In this document: positions 60,630 to 64,000 of the stretch, one piece after another
Layout: every line of letters starts with the position of its first letter
Position numbering within the stretch: position 1 is the stretch's first letter
NCBI GenBank assembly: GCA_048938105.1
Contig: JBHLMN010000001.1
Location: forward strand, 428,921 to 492,920
DNA: 64,000 bases
Origin: Promethearchaeota archaeon
GTDB taxonomy: Archaea > Asgardarchaeota > Heimdallarchaeia > Hodarchaeales > Hodarchaeaceae
Direction of reading: 5' to 3'
The notes under the pieces: model-generated
What the model saw: only the letters and a program-made list of their open reading frames with translations
Databases searched by the model: none
Told to the model about the DNA's origin: nothing
Program-made: the position numbers and the translations under genes

Positions 60630-61002
60630 GGCGTCGCTCCAGAGAGTAATCCAGCTTCTGTTGGCTCATCAGGGTCACCCCATCCGAGTTTCTGACATCA
60701 ACCTAAGCGCTGCACTCCATGGCCCCCTAAGAGACCATTACTTCAGCTTGCATTCACTGAGGATGCTCGTTTCACCGATACCCTGCTCGTCCTCTGGAGA
60801 TTAACTCGTCCACTGTTACCAGCGTCTTCACTCCATCATAGCCATGAGAACAGGGGCGTTGCGTTTCTGTAGCAGAGCCCAACCTCTCGGTTGACAGCGA
60901 ATAGTTACCCACAGGTACTATCCGACTGTTCAGCATACAAGAATGGCTGGAATTTCCTCAGGTTTTCGGAGAAACCCGGAGTCAGACTTCTGCTTCGACG
61001 CC
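60630..61002 (-). ncRNA. rnpB: RNase P RNA (archaeal type A-like, ~373 nt)
   Basis: Minus strand: P1 GGCGTCG/CGACGCC; P2 TCTGAC/GTCAGA; GAGGAAATTCCAGC pairs with ACAGAAGCTGGATTA (P4 with bulged U); P5 CATTC/GAATG followed by CAAG; conserved ACAGAAAC and TGAAAC; P12 base CCCTGTTC/GAGCAGGG. GC-rich block in AT-rich DNA. Confidence 0.93.
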
Positions 61003-61024
61003 AACATTATTAGGTTCCCTCTAG

Positions 61025-61039
61025 TATTTTAACCTTTCG
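61025..61039 (-). promoter_or_regulatory. BRE-TATA promoter of rnpB
   Basis: Minus strand CGAAAGG-TTAAAATA, with the TATA 23-30 nt upstream of the P1 5' end. Confidence 0.65.
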
Positions 61040-61136
61040 AGGGTTTCACGTTCTAATCCTCTTGCCTAAACCTCAGGCCCTACTGCCGTCATACGATTTG
61101 GAAACGGCTATTAGACGCTTTGTTGTGCATTTTTCC

Positions 61137-61616
61137 TCAATTCCTAAAGAATTTCTGGTCTTGCACTATCAAATTAGCGATTACCAGCAAATGGTTTCGC
61201 AACGTGTTATGTCCATGGTTCATGGATTCTGTTAAGTATTGTAATTCCTTACTATTGTAAATATATGTATAGAGTGTCCAGATGTTTGTAGACACCTCCT
61301 TTATTTCATGAGCGAGTCTATCAGAGTCTATTTTTTCCCTCATTTTCTTCGCCTGCCATGTATAACGACTGGTTACTGGTGAACGGATCTTTCGCGTTAT
61401 ACCAGCAGCCCACTGATCATAAATTTGGAAGATACTTATTAGCGGATCGTATATTTTCTCATGATGGTTTCGTAATCGCTCTACGAAGTTTTCGTCCTCT
61501 AATGGTGGTTCTACATAGATTTTTGATTTGTGAATAGGTGTGACTCAGCCCAGTCCAAGTAATGTCCCGTTCGGACTTATCCTTCTCTTTGGGATTGGGT
61601 TTCTCCTCATTATCAT
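61137..61616 (-). pseudogene. 160-codon frame with SD and ATG interrupted by an in-frame TGA at codon 24
   Basis: AGGAG-ATG at 61616; MIMRRNP...LGLG*VTPIHK...MREKIDSD...FFRN; TGA at 61545-61547. Confidence 0.35.
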
Positions 61617-61855
61617 TCTCCTTTTTTATTAAAAGACCAAGTGACGATAATGTTAATGGCACTTCGAGAAGACTGATCCCAAGAATTATATTTTTAAAAT
61701 GAATAGTTTTTCAATTCAAAGCTCTTTCTCAAATATCATTAAATCTCAAGTTTTTCTAAGATAAGTGTTACCCTATTCAAACTGGAGCTCCCCCACAAAC
61801 CCCTAGACACGAAAGAACAGATTCACGAATTGTTTCAACCAATAGTATTGTATTT

Positions 61856-63070
61856 ATGAATAAAACTTTAAATAAGATTTATTGGTTTATATTATGTAAG
61901 GAGGTATTTCAACTGAAGAGTAAGGGCGGGGCTTTAATCTTGAGGGGAATTCTCTGTCTTGTCGGTTTTGGCGGTATCCTCCCCCTTCTCTTAGTTACTG
62001 CTTCAAAGGGGGTGTCAGTCGAATACACTATCGAGAATATTTGGAATAAAACTGATGCCCAAAAAATCACTTTAACAAGAGGTCGTTTTTTTCTAGTGAC
62101 TGAGGATAATGAGATTATTTTAGTTGAACAAAATCAAAACAAATCTGTTTTTCAATCGAATGAGACAATTGCTGCTTTTGTTGTGATCAATCATACTTTG
62201 ATCTTTACTACCTTCGAACATTCGCACTACCTATTTTTTGTGAGTTTTAATAATGATTCCGATCCCCAAACTGTCTCAAAAATTACAACGAAAACAACAG
62301 GGTTAATATCTTTCTTAGATACTTTTGATGAATTCGTATTTACAGCAAACTATGAATGGGGTTTTCTGATTTATGACTTTACAAATGTGACCCACCCCCA
62401 GTTAAGGGGTTATATCACCTTAGACAACTGGCATTGTCAGCAAGTGTTTATTGTGTCACAGTATGGTTTTTTTAGCGGAGATCACAAGACAGGAATTTAT
62501 AATCTAAGTGGTAATCCTCTTGTTTCACAGGATCCCCATTTATTATGGTCTATTGATTATAAAAATTCCAATTTTGAATATTTCCTACGCTTTGCGGGAA
62601 GACCAGCTGTTTCCAATGAATATTTCGTTATTAATCACCGATCATCCTTTCGTGAGTTAAACATGTTCCATATCATTCCTCTCATGTCTACCACATCAAA
62701 ATACAAAAGGTATAGTGTGAACTATGACGCAGAGAAAGGCTATAGAGATTGTGGCCTGATCGATGAAGATGTACTGGTTGTAAGTGGAGTGAATAACACT
62801 GTATCTGTGTTCAGAATAACAGAAAATCACGATTTAGATTTTTTAACAGACATTTATTTAGGAGATGGTGGTTCTATAGAATATCTACTTCAAATAGAAG
62901 GAACAAATGATTTCTTAGTTGCTGATGGGGCAAATGGCCTCTTGAAACTCTCCCTAGACATTATAATCTCATCTAGTGTACCTACACGGTCTCCTAGCTT
63001 TTCTTTACTGAATGTTTTCCTAATTATTCTCGTCCTCATCTTCGTTAGGAGATTTCAAAAGCCCTACTGA
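61856..63070 (+). CDS. LVIVD-repeat beta-propeller surface protein with C-terminal sorting/TM anchor
   Basis: FTANYEWGFLIYDFTNVTHP, LVADGANGL; SPSFS + hydrophobic stretch + RR tail. Confidence 0.8.
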   Translation: MNKTLNKIYWFILCKEVFQLKSKGGALILRGILCLVGFGGILPLLLVTASKGVSVEYTIENIWNKTDAQKITLTRGRFFLVTEDNEIILVEQNQNKSVFQSNETIAAFVVINHTLIFTTFEHSHYLFFVSFNNDSDPQTVSKITTKTTGLISFLDTFDEFVFTANYEWGFLIYDFTNVTHPQLRGYITLDNWHCQQVFIVSQYGFFSGDHKTGIYNLSGNPLVSQDPHLLWSIDYKNSNFEYFLRFAGRPAVSNEYFVINHRSSFRELNMFHIIPLMSTTSKYKRYSVNYDAEKGYRDCGLIDEDVLVVSGVNNTVSVFRITENHDLDFLTDIYLGDGGSIEYLLQIEGTNDFLVADGANGLLKLSLDIIISSSVPTRSPSFSLLNVFLIILVLIFVRRFQKPY

Positions 63071-63158
63071 ATCCTAATTTTCCCCCAAATATGTTAACAC
63101 CATGTTGATAAAACTTTTTATAACAAAAGAGAGCCATAAGCTCGAATTTAGGATTTGA

Positions 63159-64000
63159 ATGAAGAGTGTAACCAATTTGAAGAATAATGATAGAGTTCTC
63201 ATTCTATTCCTTTTACTTTGTCTAAATGTCCGTGGATTATCCCAAGTGCTTCGATTCAACCCTGATAGCCAATTCTCTGCTGATCAAACGGCCCAATTTA
63301 CTGTTATTACTCAAAAGCTTCACCAATTCATTCCTCATGATCCTATTATTATTACAAATGACAATAATTTTTCCTCCCAAGGATTTCCTGGCTTAGGAAC
63401 CATCGATGATCCCTACCGCATAGAAAACTTCAATATCACAACTTCCACGGGTGCTTCGATCGCAATATATGATACTGATACATATTTTTGCATTAGAAAT
63501 AATCTTCTCAATGGTTTGTTCACAGCTTCATCAGGTATTGAGTTTAACTATGTTGATCATGGTATAATCGACGGTAATGTTGTAACTAATTATTTCTCCT
63601 ACGGAATACTTCTTGAACACTCAAAAAATAATATTCTTTCCAACAATATGGTCTTCAACAATAGAAACGACGGAATTCGACTTCGAATTTCTACAGCCAT
63701 AACCATTTCTAGCAATACGGTTGCCCACAACGATGACGGTATTTTTCTTTATGGTTCTATAAACAACACAATTTCCAACAATACGCTTTTTAACAACAGA
63801 GATGGAATTTCTCTTTGGGAAGACTCGGAGAATAGCATTATTTCAAGCAATTCTGTCTCCAACAACAACCACCATGGAATTTCTCTTCGAGAATCAGGGA
63901 ATAGCATTATTTCAAGCAATTCTGTCTCCAACAACAACCACCATGGAATTTTTCTTTGGGACTCGGAGAATAGCATTATTTCAAGCAATTCTGTCTCCAA
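63159..64000 (+). CDS. NosD/beta-helix surface protein, 3'-truncated by the window edge (not in the ORF track)
   Basis: ATG at 63159 with an open frame to the end: HDPIIITNDNNF..GFPGLGTIDDPYRIENFNI, then N..GI.L repeats. Confidence 0.85.
   Translation, partial: MKSVTNLKNNDRVLILFLLLCLNVRGLSQVLRFNPDSQFSADQTAQFTVITQKLHQFIPHDPIIITNDNNFSSQGFPGLGTIDDPYRIENFNITTSTGASIAIYDTDTYFCIRNNLLNGLFTASSGIEFNYVDHGIIDGNVVTNYFSYGILLEHSKNNILSNNMVFNNRNDGIRLRISTAITISSNTVAHNDDGIFLYGSINNTISNNTLFNNRDGISLWEDSENSIISSNSVSNNNHHGISLRESGNSIISSNSVSNNNHHGIFLWDSENSIISSNSVS
63802..64000 (+). repeat. 69-bp near-identical in-frame tandem repeat (23-aa beta-helix rung)
   Basis: AATAGCATTATTTCAAGCAATTCTGTCTCCAA starts at 63831, 63900 and 63969. 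Confidence 0.9.

Noticed and set aside
39147-60807. Dispersed repeats as CRISPR, MITE or IS ends
   Set aside because: They are kilobases apart, have no terminal inverted repeats or target-site duplications, and there are no cas or transposase genes. All are co-oriented 3' pieces of rnpB.
63749-64000. Minus-strand repetitive ORF (METELLEIMLF...)
   Set aside because: Antisense shadow of the plus-strand NosD repeat gene.

Overview
AT-rich archaeal DNA, most likely from an Asgard archaeon (Heimdallarchaeia/Hodarchaeales-like). This is inferred from an Arf-family and a second small GTPase, a CdvA-like coiled-coil protein, NOP2/NIP7, and C-terminally anchored NosD/LVIVD surface proteins. The left ~38 kb is mostly core genome: nadA/nadC, glycosylation genes, elp3, a four-subunit 2-oxoacid:ferredoxin oxidoreductase operon, an intron-containing tRNA-Ala(GGC), nth, a cdc6-gins-mcm-hel308 replication cluster (MCM and Hel308 each carry a LAGLIDADG intein), an HDAC and a CYTH-nop2-nip7 operon. 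The main discovery is in the right ~22 kb. An RNase P RNA gene (rnpB, minus strand, ~60630-61002) is followed downstream by four same-orientation copies of its own 3' end. Two 179-bp copies end at one exact breakpoint, and two ~65-73-bp copies end at a second breakpoint. The copies bracket four blocks of accessory genes: radical SAM-SPASM/methyltransferase; HEPN and HTH proteins; twin ABC exporters with NosD; and CLC/GNAT. This is the signature of tandem site-specific integrations that use the RNase P RNA gene as attB and swap the ribozyme's 3' part at each insertion. No integrase is visible in the window.
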